Source of the DNA: Octopus sinensis
Lineage: Eukaryota
DNA: 64,000 nucleotides
Assembly: GCF_006345805.1 (NCBI RefSeq)
Contig: NW_021830463.1
Span: 1 to 64,000, forward strand
Direction: 5' to 3'
In this document: positions 1 to 12,992 of the stretch, piece after piece
Layout of the letters: each line of letters opens with the position of its first letter
Numbering within the stretch: the first letter of the stretch is position 1
The notes under the pieces: generated by a model
Databases searched by the model: none
Seen by the model: the letters and a program-made list of their open reading frames with translations, nothing else
What the model was told of the DNA's origin: nothing
Position numbers and translations under genes: made by a program

Positions 1-756
1 CGCCGTTGATTGGTGGTGACGGCGGGGACAGCAGCGGCAGCGACATCTACTGGCAATACTGGAATGGTTGTTGGATGGTTCAGAACGTCCCATTGGCTGG
101 CCCCGGTAATGACACTTATACAGCTCGCAATGTTGGCCGTGGTGATGACAAGTGCCTACATGTGTTGGTAGTGGTGGTGGTGGTAGTGGCGGCGGCGGCG
201 GTGGTGGTAGTGGAGGTGGCGGTGGTGGCGGTTGTGGAGGTGGTGGTGGCAGTGGCGGCGGTGGTGGTGGTAGTGGAGGTGGCGGTGGTGGTGGTGGTGG
301 TGGCAGCAGCGGCAGTAGTGGTAGTAGTGGAGGTGGCGGTAGTGGTTGTGGCGGTGGTGGCGGTGGTATTAATTTCGGCGTTGGTGACGATTGCAGTGGT
401 GGTGGTTGGTAATGGCTGAAGTGCTGTAAGTGCAATGGGAGCTGTGGTAAGAGGCAGGGATTAATGTTGTGGTGGTGGTTATAATATGGAAGGTAATGAT
501 CCACATGATGACGATGATGACGACAAAGACGACGCAGTGGCGGTTATGGGGGCGGAGGTGATGATGAGATGGTGTCGATGATTATATTGCTTTTTTTCTT
601 TGTTTTGCTGTGTTGTAGTTGTTGTTGTTGGAGGTGGTGGTGGTGGTGGTGGTGGTGGTGGTGATGATGATCTTCATCCTGATGATGATGATGATGATGC
701 TGATGATGACGGTTATTATCATGACGATAATGATGACGGCTATGTTGATGATGGTG

Positions 757-810
<54 letters not shown>

Positions 811-1033
811 AATGATGATGATGATAATGATGGAAGGTGATGGTGATGGTGGTGATGATGATGATGATGAAGATGATGATGTTGATGATGATGATGATGA
901 CGACGATGATGACGATGATGATGATAATGATGACGGCTATGATGATGATGATCGAAGGTGATGATGATGAGGAGGAGGAGAAGGAGGAGGAGGAGGATGA
1001 CGGTGTTGATGATGAATGATGGTGATGACGGCT

Positions 1034-1064
<31 letters not shown>

Positions 1065-1066
1065 CA

Positions 1067-1097
<31 letters not shown>

Positions 1098-1800
1098 CGA
1101 TGGTAATGATGATGATGATGGTAACGACGACGATGATTTTAAGAAGGGAAAAAAGAAACGTGTGCAGAGGAGAGATTTGGAAGTAGAGCGCTATGAGTTT
1201 AGTTAAGAGATAAAAACGCGGGAATAACAAGAGGGGAAAAACAAAAACAACAGCAACAAATACAATATTAATAAGAACAACAACAACAAAAAATTAACAC
1301 CAAGATCGGCAAGAACACTAATAACACCAGCAATGGCAACAACATCAATGGCAACAACAAAATAAGAAGAACAACAACGATAAAATTAGAACAGATTCGG
1401 TAAATAACAACCAAAAAAAAAAAAAAAACAAGTGTATAAATAGCAATAAAAAATAGGTACAAAATTAGCAACACCGCCGTTAACAACAACAAAAACAATG
1501 TCAACGGCAGAATCGGGGACAACAACAGCAGCAACAGCAACAACAACAACAACAACAACAACAGCAATAGGAACGACGAAACGAAGATGGTGTCGGCGGC
1601 GGTGGCGTCGGCGGCGACGAGAGGAATTGGTGCTGACAACAACATGTGGTAAAAATGTGTCTGCGGCTGCCGTTGCAGCAACATGAGGCGTCGAAGATCA
1701 ACAACAACAACAACAACAGCAGCAGCAAGCAGCAGCTAAGAACAACTGCAACAGCAACAGCAACAACAAGAAGATTGACAATGTTAAGTAGCGAAAGTAA
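1..1800. repeat. Long degenerate trinucleotide low-complexity tract, (GGT)n grading to (GAT)n then (AAC)n
   Basis: Directly visible 3-nt periodicity; gives poly-G/V/D/M/T artefact ORFs in several frames. Confidence 0.9.
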
Positions 1801-1890
1801 GGTTATAAATAATCTGAGGAAGATCAAAGCTAACTGCAAAAATATATTGATTCCTCGTATTGATACTAAGACAGAAGTTCGAACGACGGG

Positions 1891-1913
1891 ATATATATTA
1901 CATATACATATAT

Positions 1914-1950
<37 letters not shown>

Positions 1951-2051
1951 GTGTATATATATATACGTATATTTATATATATATACATACATATATATAT
2001 ACATATATACATACATATATATATTTATATATGTATATATATATAATATAC

Positions 2052-2120
<69 letters not shown>

Positions 2121-2215
2121 GATATATAATATCTATATATATATATATATACATATTATATATATACATACATATATGTATGTGCGTGTGTGTATTAGAA
2201 TATATATATATATGA
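1891..2215. repeat. (TA)n microsatellite
   Basis: Direct reading. Confidence 0.95.
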
Positions 2216-2548
2216 GTGTGTAAGAGTGTAATGTATTTGGTGGAATAAGTCCACAATTATGCATGTGTGTATGTCTTGAAATTTTTTCGTTTTGTTTATT
2301 TATTTATTTATCTATCTATTTATTTATTTATTTTTGAAGCTCAGAACCTATCGAAAGGTTAAGTCGGCTGAGAATAGAAATATTCAGTATGAAATGGCAC
2401 ACTGTGAACTGAACGATGCCACATGCTTTCCCTCTATTCCATGTTCTGGTAAGTCCACTCCATGTTCCGACACCCCACTCCATGTTTCGGTGCCTCCCTT
2501 AGTCCAGCTTGTTTTGAACGGCAACCTATTAATTTTGTTGATCTGCAA

Positions 2549-2950
2549 TAAAAAGGAAAAAGGAAAGGAAGCACTCCGTCGGTTACGACGACGAGGGTTC
2601 CGGTTGATCCGAATCAACGGAACAGCCTGCTCGTAAAATTAACGAGTAAGTGGCTGAGCACTCCACAGACACGTGCACCCTTAACGTAGTTCTCGGGGAT
2701 ATTCAGCGTGACACAGAGAGTGACAAGGCCGGCCCTTTGAAATACAGGTACAACAGAAACAGGAAGTAAGAGTGAGAGAAAGTTGTGGTGAAAGAGTACA
2801 GCAGGGATCACCACCATCCCTGTTGGAGCCTCGTGGAGCTTTTAGGTGTTTTCGCTCAATAAACACTCACAGCGCCCGGTCTGGGAATCGAAACCGCGAT
2901 CCTATGACCGCGAGTCCGCTGCCTTAACCACTGGGCCATTGCGCCTCCAC
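2549..2950 (-). mobile_element. tRNA-derived SINE family A, full length with 10-bp target-site duplication
   Basis: Minus-strand head GTGGAGGCGCAATGGCCCAGTGGTTAAGG...GGTTTCGATTCCC (A/B boxes); 3' end CGTAACCGACGGAGTGCTTCC plus TTCCT-like tail; TGATCTGCAA duplicated at 2539-2548 and 2951-2960. Confidence 0.9.
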
Positions 2951-3306
2951 TGATCTGCAACAGAGCGATGATGACAACATCGTTAATCCAGCGAAATCCT
3001 GGTCGTTCCAAATTCTGAATGTTCGACCTTCAAGGAGACTGTGAGATGCGACTAAAGGTGCAGATGGCAACATGCGTACGCCCTACTCCTTTCGCTTTCG
3101 AGATTTCAGGTGTTGTTGGAACCTTCTCTGCCGATTTCCTCCGTAAAATCGGCAGATATCATGGCCACCCGTCTGAAAACTGAATCCTGCGGGGAGGGTA
3201 GCTGCTGTAGCGAGTCTAGCTGGCCATTCTCTCCTGCGAAGCCATCGCAGTCTTGATTGCAGTGCGCGACTTTTGTTTGGAAGTGATTTTAAGAAAGTGT
3301 GTATGC

Positions 3307-3349
<43 letters not shown>

Positions 3350-3799
3350 GTTAATAGTTAACTCGTATTTTACAAAAGAATAATTGTTTTTAACAATATC
3401 AGTATCTTCAATCCTAATTACGTGTCTTTGAGAAAATATGAAGAATAGTGCAGTGCAGCCAAAGGCTTGATAAATGAATTCGGTAAACGAAATGATGACA
3501 GGGTGGTTTAGGAGGATGTGGGAGGATATTAGGTGTTTGTGTGTGTGTGTGTCGGATGTGCTTTTGTTTATAAGTGGTCACTCGAAATAGCAACAAAATC
3601 ACACCCTAATTATACTTTGATAATTCGCATTCCTAAAAACGGAGCAAGAATCTTGATTCAACGAACCATACTAGAATTTCAAGCAAGAAGACAAACCGCA
3701 CGAAGAAATGTAACTTTTCTTGAAAAATATATATAGCTCATTCCAGTTATGAATATGATATTCAAAATGATGGAATTTACTTCAAAGGCTGTTGCTTCG

Positions 3800-4033
3800 A
3801 GTAAAGATTGTTTGTCGCCTTAATATAGCAGTCCTGGTTTAGGACGAATGCTGCGGTAATTTGGCCTCAGGTGACATCGTCTCCTGCTGGCCATACGACA
3901 CGATCTGTGTCCTTACATTTTCGAACAAGATCGTGTCGTATGGCTAGCTGGAGACGATGATTCTTAGGGCTAAATTACAGCAACATTCGTCCTAAACCAG
4001 GACTGCCATTATATGTTAGCAAACAATCTTTAC
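3800..4033. repeat. Imperfect fold-back, MITE-like element with ~105-bp arms
   Basis: GTAAAGATTGTTTG...GCAGTCCTGGTTTAGGACGAATG...CCATACGACACGATCT is reverse-complementary to AGATCGTGTCGTATGG...CATTCGTCCTAAACCAGGACTGC...CAAACAATCTTTAC. Confidence 0.75.
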
Positions 4034-4113
4034 ACTAAAGTACTGTTGCTGAATATCTCTCGTTGTGAGATTTACAAATATTAATTTTGCTGATGTTTCA
4101 GTACAGAAATACT

Positions 4114-4481
4114 ATGGCCCAGTGGTTAGGACAGCGGGCTCGCGGTCATAGGATCGCGGTTTCGATTCCCAGACCGGGCGTTGTGAGTATTTATTGAGCG
4201 AAAACACCTAAAGCTCCACGAGGCTCCGGCAGGGATAGTGGTCCCTGCTGTACTCTTTCACCACACACTTTCTCTCACTCTTACTTCCTGTTTCTGTTGT
4301 ACCTGTATTTCAAAGGGCCGGCCTTGTCACTCTCTGTGTCACGCTGAATATTCCGAGAACTACGTTAAGGGTACACGTTTCTGTGAGTGCTCAGCCACTT
4401 ACACGTTAATTTCACGAGCAGGCTGTTCCGTTGATTCGGATCAACCGGAACCCTCGTCGTCGTAACCGACGGAGTGCTTCC
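4114..4481 (+). mobile_element. SINE family A, near full length
   Basis: Reverse complement of 2549-2950 at high identity. Confidence 0.9.
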
Positions 4482-5110
4482 TCCACTATGACTTGTGAGT
4501 TGGTGAGTCACTCTTTTTAACCGGCTGCGCGGGTCATTTAGCTAAAGTACGACACTCGCTCATACGTCGTGTTCGACGGGAGAGTCTGTCATATGTAAAA
4601 AGACGAGAAGATCATGGTTAGAAAACCATGAATTTATGAAAAGTGACCTTGGACAAAACCATGGCATGTTAGCGAGTATATTGAAATTTAATTAGTAAGT
4701 TAATATTACAAATGAAAAGTAGAAAGTTCATTATAATTACTTTTCCATTGTATATTAAGAACCTCACGTATTTGATCAGACAATTGCTGTAACAGGAAAT
4801 CTGAGGAAAAGTTCAAATACGAGATCATTAAATGGCAAATGCAGTCCGACACTTCGAGAAGTATCGTATTTATCAATGGATAGTGTAGCGTTGCAGTGGA
4901 ATGGCGTAGATTATGATGTTTGAGAAATATGTAAACTAGATATTCACTGAAAATGTATATGCCATGCACTACATGTATCTGCGCGCACACAAACTCACAC
5001 ACACACAACAAAATAGGTTTCTCATATGCATACATAAATATATACACAATTATATTACATATATATATATATATGTGTGTGAACATATGTATGTATGTAT
5101 GTATATTATA

Positions 5111-5151
<41 letters not shown>

Positions 5152-5515
5152 ATATATATTATATATTATATATATATGTGTGTGTGTTGTGTGTGTGTGT
5201 GTGTGTATATTCTGTTGTGTCTGGTGGGGAGTCATATTCTTTATTTATGTCTATTATTTAAATAACGGGCAGAGTCAAAACTATTGAAAAGGTTGCAAGA
5301 CGCAACGCAAATTTTAGAAAAATAAAAAATAAGATAAAAAAGTGGAAATTTTACCGGTGTGTGTGTTACATTATATGGCACAAAAAGAAAATGACTCTCC
5401 CCTGACACAACAGATTATGATTCAACACACGAACTCATATAGAGAATGTTGCAAACCAAATCCTAAAACGAAATCTATCTATCTATCTATCTATCTATAT
5501 ATATATATATATATA

Positions 5516-5635
5516 CTTTATTTTAAGCAGCAGAAAATTCAACAAAATCTGTTACTCTGAGTTTCTCGTTGCCGTTCATCAGACAGTTTTTGCTAGATAT
5601 AATATATACTTTGCTAGAATATATATATATACTCC

Positions 5636-5638
<3 letters not shown>
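5516..5638 (-). mobile_element. Miniature derivative of the Naiad-type element (HHR-bearing 3' end plus the opposite terminus)
   Basis: 5516-5597 matches 14831-14912; TACTCCGGT at 5630-5638 matches the right terminus at 20764-20772; both sides flanked by (TA)n. Confidence 0.85.
5544..5591 (-). ncRNA. Hammerhead ribozyme motif, Naiad-type variant
   Basis: Minus strand AAAACTGT-CTGATGA-A-CG GCAA CG-A-GAAA-CTCAGA-GTA-ACAGATTTT. Confidence 0.65.
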
Positions 5639-5683
<45 letters not shown>

Positions 5684-5875
5684 GGTTTGGAGATGATGTA
5701 CAGGTATTTTATATTAGAAGAAATGAGGTACTCAGAAATTCGGATGGTTTTATATTTACAGGTATTTATTTGTATATTACATGTTTTTATACATCATATA
5801 ACATATATCATATATCATATATTAGCACTTTCGCGCATTCTAGTGGGGTTTTCTAATTGAACTAAGTTCTTGTGG

Positions 5876-6370
5876 AAAAATCTGACCATTTTATAGTGTT
5901 ATTAAGTGTGTAGTGGTGGGGAGGGATATAAGATAGTACAAGAGGGGGTTGAATGGGGAGAAAGTGAGAGAGAGCTTGTGTGTGTGTGTGCGTTTTTGTA
6001 TCTGAAATAAGTGTTAAAGAAAAAGAAGGAAACGAAGAAAAGAAAGAGAAAGAAGAAAAAATTGTTTTGCTGGTTTCTTTTGTAGTTGGTCAGGATGCTT
6101 ACTCCAAGGGGGGGTCTAAGATCTTGGGGGAAAACTTGACCATTTTATAGTGTTATTGAGTGTGTAGAGGTGGGGAGGGATATAAGATAGTACGAGAGGG
6201 TGATGAATGGGGAGAAAGTGAGAGAGAGAGAGCATGTGTGCATGTGTGTGCGTGTGCGTGTGTGTGTGTTTGTGTGTGTTTGTATCTGAAAAAGGTGTTA
6301 AAGAAAAAGAAGGAAAGGAAGAACAGGGAAAGAAGTAAGAAGAACAAATTGTTTGTATTTCCTTTTTATC
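5876..6370. repeat. Imperfect ~200-250-bp direct duplication
   Basis: GACCATTTTATAGTGTTATT...GGATATAAGATAGTAC...GTATCTGAAA...GTGTTAAAGAAAAAGAAGGAAA occurs at ~5876-6075 and ~6131-6370. Confidence 0.7.
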
Positions 6371-6712
6371 ATTGTCTGGTGAGAGAGTGTGTGTTTGCGT
6401 GTTTATGTGCGCGCGTGTGTGTGCTTGTGTTTTTGTATCTGAAGGAGGTGTTAAGGAGGAATGTTCAAGTTGTTAAAAATAACCAGTCATTGGGTTTTAG
6501 CAATGGTCAAGAGAGCCGGGAGCCAAAATGCCACTTTTGTTTATATTTTTGCAACTGTAAATGATTTTTGGTTTTCAGAATGGGCGAAAGCGCTAATATA
6601 TGATATATGAGAAGAAGTGGGAGAGAAAGAGTGGAGAGAAAGGGAGGTGGCTGAGAAAGAGGAGAGATAAATATATAGATATAGATATATATAGATATGC
6701 ATGTATTTCTAT

Positions 6713-7151
6713 GACTCGCGGTCATAGGATCGCGGTTTCGATTCCCAGACCGGGCGTTGTGAGTATTTATTGAGCGAAAACACCTAAAAGCTCCAGTAGG
6801 GAATGGTGGTGATCCCTGCTGTACTCTTTCACCACAACTTTCTCTCACTCTTACTTCCTGTTTCTGTTGTACCTGTATTTCAAAGGGCCGGCCTTGTCAC
6901 TCTCTGTGTCACGCTGAATATCCCCGAGAACTACGTTAAGGGTACACGTGTCTGTGGAGTTGCTCAGCCACTTACACGTTAATTTCACGAGCAGGCTGTT
7001 CCGTTGATTCGGATCATTCCCTGCCGGAGCCTCGTGGAGCTTTTAGGTGTTTTCGCTCAATAAACACTCACAACGCCCGGTCTGGGAATCGAAACCGCGA
7101 TCCTATGACCGCGAGTCCGCTGCCCTAACCACTGGGCCATTGCGCCTCCAC
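6713..7151. mobile_element. Two convergent SINE family A copies fused tail-to-tail
   Basis: Plus copy 6713-7016 ends at GGATCA; minus copy 7017-7151 retains the full tRNA-like head. Confidence 0.85.
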
Positions 7152-7917
7152 TTCCGAGTTGTATTACGGTAGCTTTTAATGTCATCTTTTTTTAAATGAA
7201 TTTTAATTCTTCATAATGCATACTGTATTTTAACATTAAATCTTATATGCTATACAGGTTATATGTCTGTGTTGCTTTTTTATTTATTTCCCGGAGACGA
7301 ACACGAACGGAACCAACCGATACAATCCGGAACAGTCCAGTATAGTATGAACGTTATTGCTGTTTTGTCAAGCGATGTAAATTAGTACTGTATATGGTGT
7401 TTAATATTTTGGAAAGACCGACGTATCTTCGGAAATGATGTAAGTCGAAAAGACTTAACCAAAGGTATGTGTTTCTCTGTGTGTGTGTCTGTGTGCGTGT
7501 GTGTGTATGCGCACGCATATATGTAAAATTCTTGCTCGTAGAAGTATGTCTTCGAATCCTGGAACAGGCGATGCACTAGGTTCTTCATTAATTCACACCA
7601 TATTACTCGGCAATAACGACTAACCCTGTGATAGACAGGCATCTCCGGCAGGCAGAGAGAACATACACGCCTCAAAATCGGGAAAGCTATCCGAAAGATC
7701 CTAGGGCTCCTGAAAGTGCGTATATAATGTGACTATATATATGTATAATGTTAATCCAAACGTCAAAACACAAAGAGAAAAAACACAACAACGCAAGAAA
7801 CATACGAGAAGGAAAGATCCAAGGAAGGGAAGACGGTGGGAAAAAATCGCCAACGATACACAAGTGGTCACATATTGAATGTATATGTATGTGTATATAT
7901 ATATATATATATATATC

Positions 7918-7955
<38 letters not shown>

Positions 7956-8003
7956 TATGCATATATATATGTATGTATGCATATATATATATATAAATAT
8001 ATT

Positions 8004-8040
<37 letters not shown>

Positions 8041-8045
8041 CTGTA

Positions 8046-8076
<31 letters not shown>

Positions 8077-8094
8077 TCACATTTTTTTGTATCC

Positions 8095-8249
8095 TTGTTT
8101 CTCTCCGTGTTTTCTTTCTGTGTATCTTTCTGTTGAAGAGCGTAGGCTCGAAACGTAAAAGACTTGTTTTATTTCTATTCTGAGCGCCATACTAATACAA
8201 TTGTTTGTTTGTATTCTACCTGCCTTCGTCTTTTGTTTATTTTCATAAA
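8095..8249 (+). mobile_element. Short HHR-bearing element (PLE pseudo-LTR-like, family 2) between (TA)n runs
   Basis: HHR motif 8125-8162; related copy at ~48150-48305. Confidence 0.6.
8125..8162 (+). ncRNA. Minimal type-I hammerhead ribozyme motif, A6U variant
   Basis: TCTTT-CTGTTGA-A-GAGC GTAG GCTC-GAAA-C-GTA-AAAGA; 5-bp stem I, 4-bp stem II, ACGT palindromic stem III. Confidence 0.6.
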
Positions 8250-8256
8250 GCTCCCG

Positions 8257-8314
<58 letters not shown>

Positions 8315-8360
8315 AAACAAGTCAAAAATAGAAAATGCTAAGATAATTTTATAGTGAATC

Positions 8361-8405
8361 TTTCAGTACCGGTTTCGGTCATTTTGGAGACCTTTTCAAC
8401 TGTAA
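8361..8405 (-). ncRNA. Minimal type-I hammerhead ribozyme motif, U3-A8 variant
   Basis: Reverse complement of 8661-8705 with one extra base in loop II. Confidence 0.7.
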
Positions 8406-8660
8406 CGATTAAATAATTAAATTTAGAAAAATTAGAAGAAAAGTTTTTTTAAAGGAATATTTCTATAGTAGTGTTCAGATATGAGTGGCATTCTGCCTTT
8501 CTCTGACTCCCTTGGTTGCACTTGTGTGTTCGGGGTCGAACACACAAGTGCAAACAAGGGAGTCAGAGAAAGGCAGAATGCCACTCATATCTGAACACTA
8601 CTATAGAAATTCCTTTAAAAAAACTTTTCTTCTAATTTTTCTAATTTAATTATTTAATCG

Positions 8661-8705
8661 TTACAGTTGAAAAGGTCTCAAAATGACCGAAACCGGTACT
8701 GAAAG
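8661..8705 (+). ncRNA. Minimal type-I hammerhead ribozyme motif, U3-A8 variant
   Basis: TTACAG-TTGAAAA-GGTC TCAAAAT GACC-GAAA-CCG-GTA-CTGAAA; ACCGGT palindromic stem III; predicted cut after A8698. Confidence 0.7.
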
Positions 8706-8784
8706 ATTCACTATAAAATTATCTTAGCATTTTCTATTTTTGACTTGTTTTTTCATATATATCAACTCGTGTGTTCCCTTCCAC

Positions 8785-8984
<200 letters not shown>

Positions 8985-9838
8985 CAGACATTTATATGTG
9001 CGTGTATGTATGTGTACGTGTGCGTGCCTGTGTGTGGGTGTGGGGGGCGTACCAGTGTATAGAGCGTTTTAAGTGATGTGCAGATATTATATATCAAGAA
9101 AATGGAAGCAGTCAGAATTTTGGATATGTTGCATAGAAAATCTCTACGGTCTTTTGTACATACCGAAAAGAGGATGTTGTTTTGTAAGGTTTTGTTTAGA
9201 AAAGGAGAAAGAGAAAAAGGGAGGAGAGAAGGACACAGAGAAGGATACAGAAGAAAAGAGAGACAGAGAAGAGAAGTGAAGGAAGCTTGTATTTTGGGAT
9301 TGTCTTTGTCTAACACGTGGTTGATGCTAAATGACCTTTCAAGATATCAAGTATTGTTGTTTCGGGGATGGGTGGGTGGTGGGGAGGAGAAAGGGAGCAA
9401 GAGAGAAAGACAGTAAGAAGGACAAGAGAGAAAGAGAAAGAAGAAAAGGAACATGAATGGGAAAGAGAGAGAGAGAGAGAGACAGGAAGTGGCTTCTTTT
9501 CAATTATATTGTATTGATGTGGTGAACTTGTTGAAATTTAATTACAAGTCAGTCATTGTCTTTGAATGCATCTCTTTCTCTCTCTAACACGTCTTCTCTC
9601 TTATTATAAACATATTAACACATTTGTAAATATACACATTACGTTTTGATTATTGAAAAAGCGATTCTTAAGTAAGTAGAGTCACAATTGTGAAATATGA
9701 ATTTGCATAAAAGGCTAAACAAATAACAAATTTTTCTGTAGAGCATAACATGAAGAGTTCAATTGTACTGACAAATGCACTAATAAATAATTATCCAAAA
9801 TTCTGTTTGCCTCTTTTTACTTGATATATATATAAATA

Positions 9839-9909
<71 letters not shown>

Positions 9910-10466
9910 TGTGTTTGTGTGTGTATATATATATATATATATATAGTTGCGGCCAAAATGTTCAGAACAGCATTGTTTTCGTCAGAAAAGTAGGTTTAAG
10001 TTTTTATTAAGATTGTTTTATATTCTATAATTTTCACAGACAATAAATACGATATTAATTGGTATTGTCTGAGATTTTGGTGTAATTTGAGAGGATAATA
10101 GAAAAGTTATGGATGATATAGTGATTTACTGCAAAACCCATCGTGGCTAAATTGATCAGAACGGTTGAAAAAATAACAAAATAATTAAAAAGTGACAGAG
10201 AATGCTGGAATTATTTCATATTTAGTGTGAAGCACTATATATATATATATATACACATACATACATACATTTTAAAGACACCACTAGAATGGACGAAAGC
10301 GCTAATATATATATGTGATATATGATGTATAAAAACATGTAACATACTAATATATATATCTGCAAATATAAACCATCCGGATTTCTGAGTAACTCACTTC
10401 TTCTAATATATGTGTGTGTGTGTATTTGCGTGTGTGTGTGTGTATTTCCGTGTGTGTGTGTGTATT

Positions 10467-10497
<31 letters not shown>

Positions 10498-10514
10498 ATT
10501 TGTGTGTCTTTTTT

Positions 10515-10712
10515 GTCCTCTCACCATCACTTGACAAACCGACGTTGGCGTGTTTATGTCCTCGTAACAACAGCGGTTCGGCGAATTGAGGATGATAGAA
10601 TCAGTACTAGTCTTACAAAGAATAGTTACTTTGGTCGAATAGTTCGTCTAACGGCTGTACTCCAGCATGGCCGCAGTGAAATGACTGAAGCAAATAAAAG
10701 ATTAGAAGAATA
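10515..10712 (+). mobile_element. SINE family B, 3' half, diverged
   Basis: CTTGACAAACCGA...GCGGTTCGGC...CTCCAGCATGGCCGCAG...ATGACTGAAGC. Confidence 0.75.
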
Positions 10713-10994
10713 TATAAAACATCGTTGATGACAATTCACCACCAACCTAGTAACATATATGTCTGTCTGTCCGTCTCGTTATTTCTCATTCTTTCCACTC
10801 GAATGCGTATCTCAGTCGTTACATGTGTTACAAAATATTCCAAATAAAGCATCATCAAATAACTGTATCTCGAACCTCCGCTTCTATTATCCAATGTCTC
10901 TCTTTCTATCCATCCCTCCTCCAATATACATGTTCTTTTTGCTTGTTTATGTGCATGTAAAACGACAGACAGGTAGATAAATAGAGGGAGAGAG

Positions 10995-11032
<38 letters not shown>

Positions 11033-11041
11033 GAGAAATGA

Positions 11042-11275
11042 TGTACTCTTTCACCACAACTTTCTCTCACTCTTACTTCCTGGTTCTGTTGTACCTGTAT
11101 TTCAAAGGGCCGGCCTTGTCACTCTCTGTGTCACGCTGAATATCCCCGAGAACTACGTTAAGGGTACACGTGTCTGTGGAGTGCTCAGCCACTTACACGT
11201 TAATTTCACGAGCAGGCTGTTCCGTTGATTCGGATCAACCGGAACCCTCGTCGTCGTAACCGACGGAGTGCTTCC
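11042..11275 (+). mobile_element. SINE family A, 5'-truncated
   Basis: Matches the family A body through CGACGGAGTGCTTCC. Confidence 0.9.
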
Positions 11276-11418
11276 ACTCCACAACTCGGAAGTGTACTAG
11301 TTCAGATGTTTTTCGATAGAGGGAATTCGTGGTCCAGCCGCAATCTTTTCAAATGTGTTGACCTCGACAGTGCTGTAAAATTTTGTACAGTTATTTTTGT
11401 GATTTACATTTCAGCCCC

Positions 11419-12992
11419 ATGGCTCCGAAGAAGAATCCTAGTGAAAAACGTAATGAAAAAGGTGAAAAGATTATAACCATTGCTTGATCGTTTGGGATAA
11501 GCCGTACGACTATATCAACGATTGTGCACGATAGAGACATGATTATGGCACATCTGAAAGATGATGCTCCTGGGATGATAGACACTATCATCAACAAGAT
11601 AAAAGGCCGAATCTACGAAGAGATGGAGCAGCTTCTTGTCCTTCGGGTTGAAAGGCAGAATTGCCAGCAAGCAAACTGTAGTCAAGAAATAATTCAAGAG
11701 AAAGCATTGTCTTTTTTTGAAGGTTTGAGAAAGATGTAGAATTTAAAGCAAGTCAGGGATGGTTTATGAGGTTTAAGCAGCGGCAGGATTTGTCCTCTCT
11801 CAAAGAAAGAAGGTAAAAGCGAGTCGGCCGACGATGTTGCTGCAGCTGAATTTCCTGTTACATTAGCGAAGATTATTGAAAATGATGGATTTCCACCCGA
11901 ACAAATAAATGTTCGATGTTATTGGGACCGTTATCTTCTGGAAGAAACTACAAAATCGTTCTTTCATATCTAAGGAAGAGAAAAGAATTCCTTGCTATAA
12001 AATATTAAAAGAGCTTTTGACCTTAATTCTGGGAGGCAATTGTGCAGGCGATTACAAGCTAAAACCGTTGCTTGTTCACCAGGAGCTGAACCCCCAAGTT
12101 CTTAAGAACCCTAGATATCCATGGCATCTCTTCCTGTAATATAGATGGCCAATTCAAAGGCTTGGGTCACTATCAGTACTTTTGAAGAATGGATTTTAAG
12201 TCATTTTGTTCTTGGAGTAGAAAGGTATTGTAAGGCTAAAGGAATTCCTTTTAAAATTCTGCTTGTCTGAGATAACGCCTCTAGCCACTCGAAAAGCATA
12301 GGAGATTTCCATCCCAACGTTACAGTTATCTCCCTCCCTCCTAACACTACCTCGCTGCTTCAACCAATGTCCCAGCAGATAATTGTCATCTTTAAGCGGT
12401 ATTATACAAAGCGTACATTACGCCATGCAATATCTGCAACTGACATCGACGAAAGCATCACAGTCCGTGACTTTTAGAAAGGATAAGACACCTACAAAGC
12501 CATAGTGAACATAGCAACTGCCTGGAATGAGAGGAAAAGCACGTCTATGAATAGTGTTTCAATGACTTTAAGGCATTTGAAAATGTGGAAGTGAACAAGA
12601 TCTTGGGGCAGTTGAACAATGAAATGGAAATGGTGTTGGAAGAAGAGAATTTTAATGAATTACTTGAGAAAGATAAACAGTCCTTGACAAACGAAGAGTT
12701 GATGGAACTTCATGAACAGAAGAAAATGGAAGAAGAAGAAAGACCTGATCTCGAGCCTTGTCGTTTTACGTTGAAGAAAATGCAAGAGGCTCTTACTCAA
12801 TTAGATAAAGGTCTTGCTTTATTTGTGGAAAAGGATCCCAATTCACAAGGTTTTGTAAAAATATTTGGGGCTTGTCAAGATACTATTGCACCTTATTACC
12901 TGGTCCTTGAAGAGAAGAAGAAAAAAGACAATTCAAGGAAATTTAGACAAGGTTGCACTACGATCTACACCATCACAACAGGAGTTAGCTGA
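11419..12992 (+). pseudogene. Decayed pogo/Tigger-family (CENP-B HTH plus DDE) transposase
   Basis: Starts MAPKKNPS at 11419; KASQGWFMRFKQR (HTH), FWKKLQNRSFISKEEK, GGNCAGDYKLKPLLV, NSKAWVT, DNASSH, LPPNTTSLLQP, SLTNEELMEL; many stops and frameshifts; possible right end near 13287. Confidence 0.85.

Noticed and set aside
2870-2950. SINE heads as genuine tRNA genes
   Set aside because: A and B boxes are present, but there is no acceptor stem or cloverleaf, and each continues into a SINE body.
2360-3280. GC-richer unique sequence around the SINE at 2549 as a host exon
   Set aside because: No recognisable protein, stops in all frames after removing the SINE, and no convincing splice pair.
10271-10310. 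GGAC-GAAA-GCGC-TA motif in a repeat also at ~5820-5860 and ~6578-6600 as another HHR
   Set aside because: The AGCGCT palindrome and GAAA are suggestive, but no copy has a CUGANGA-like core or a coherent stem I.
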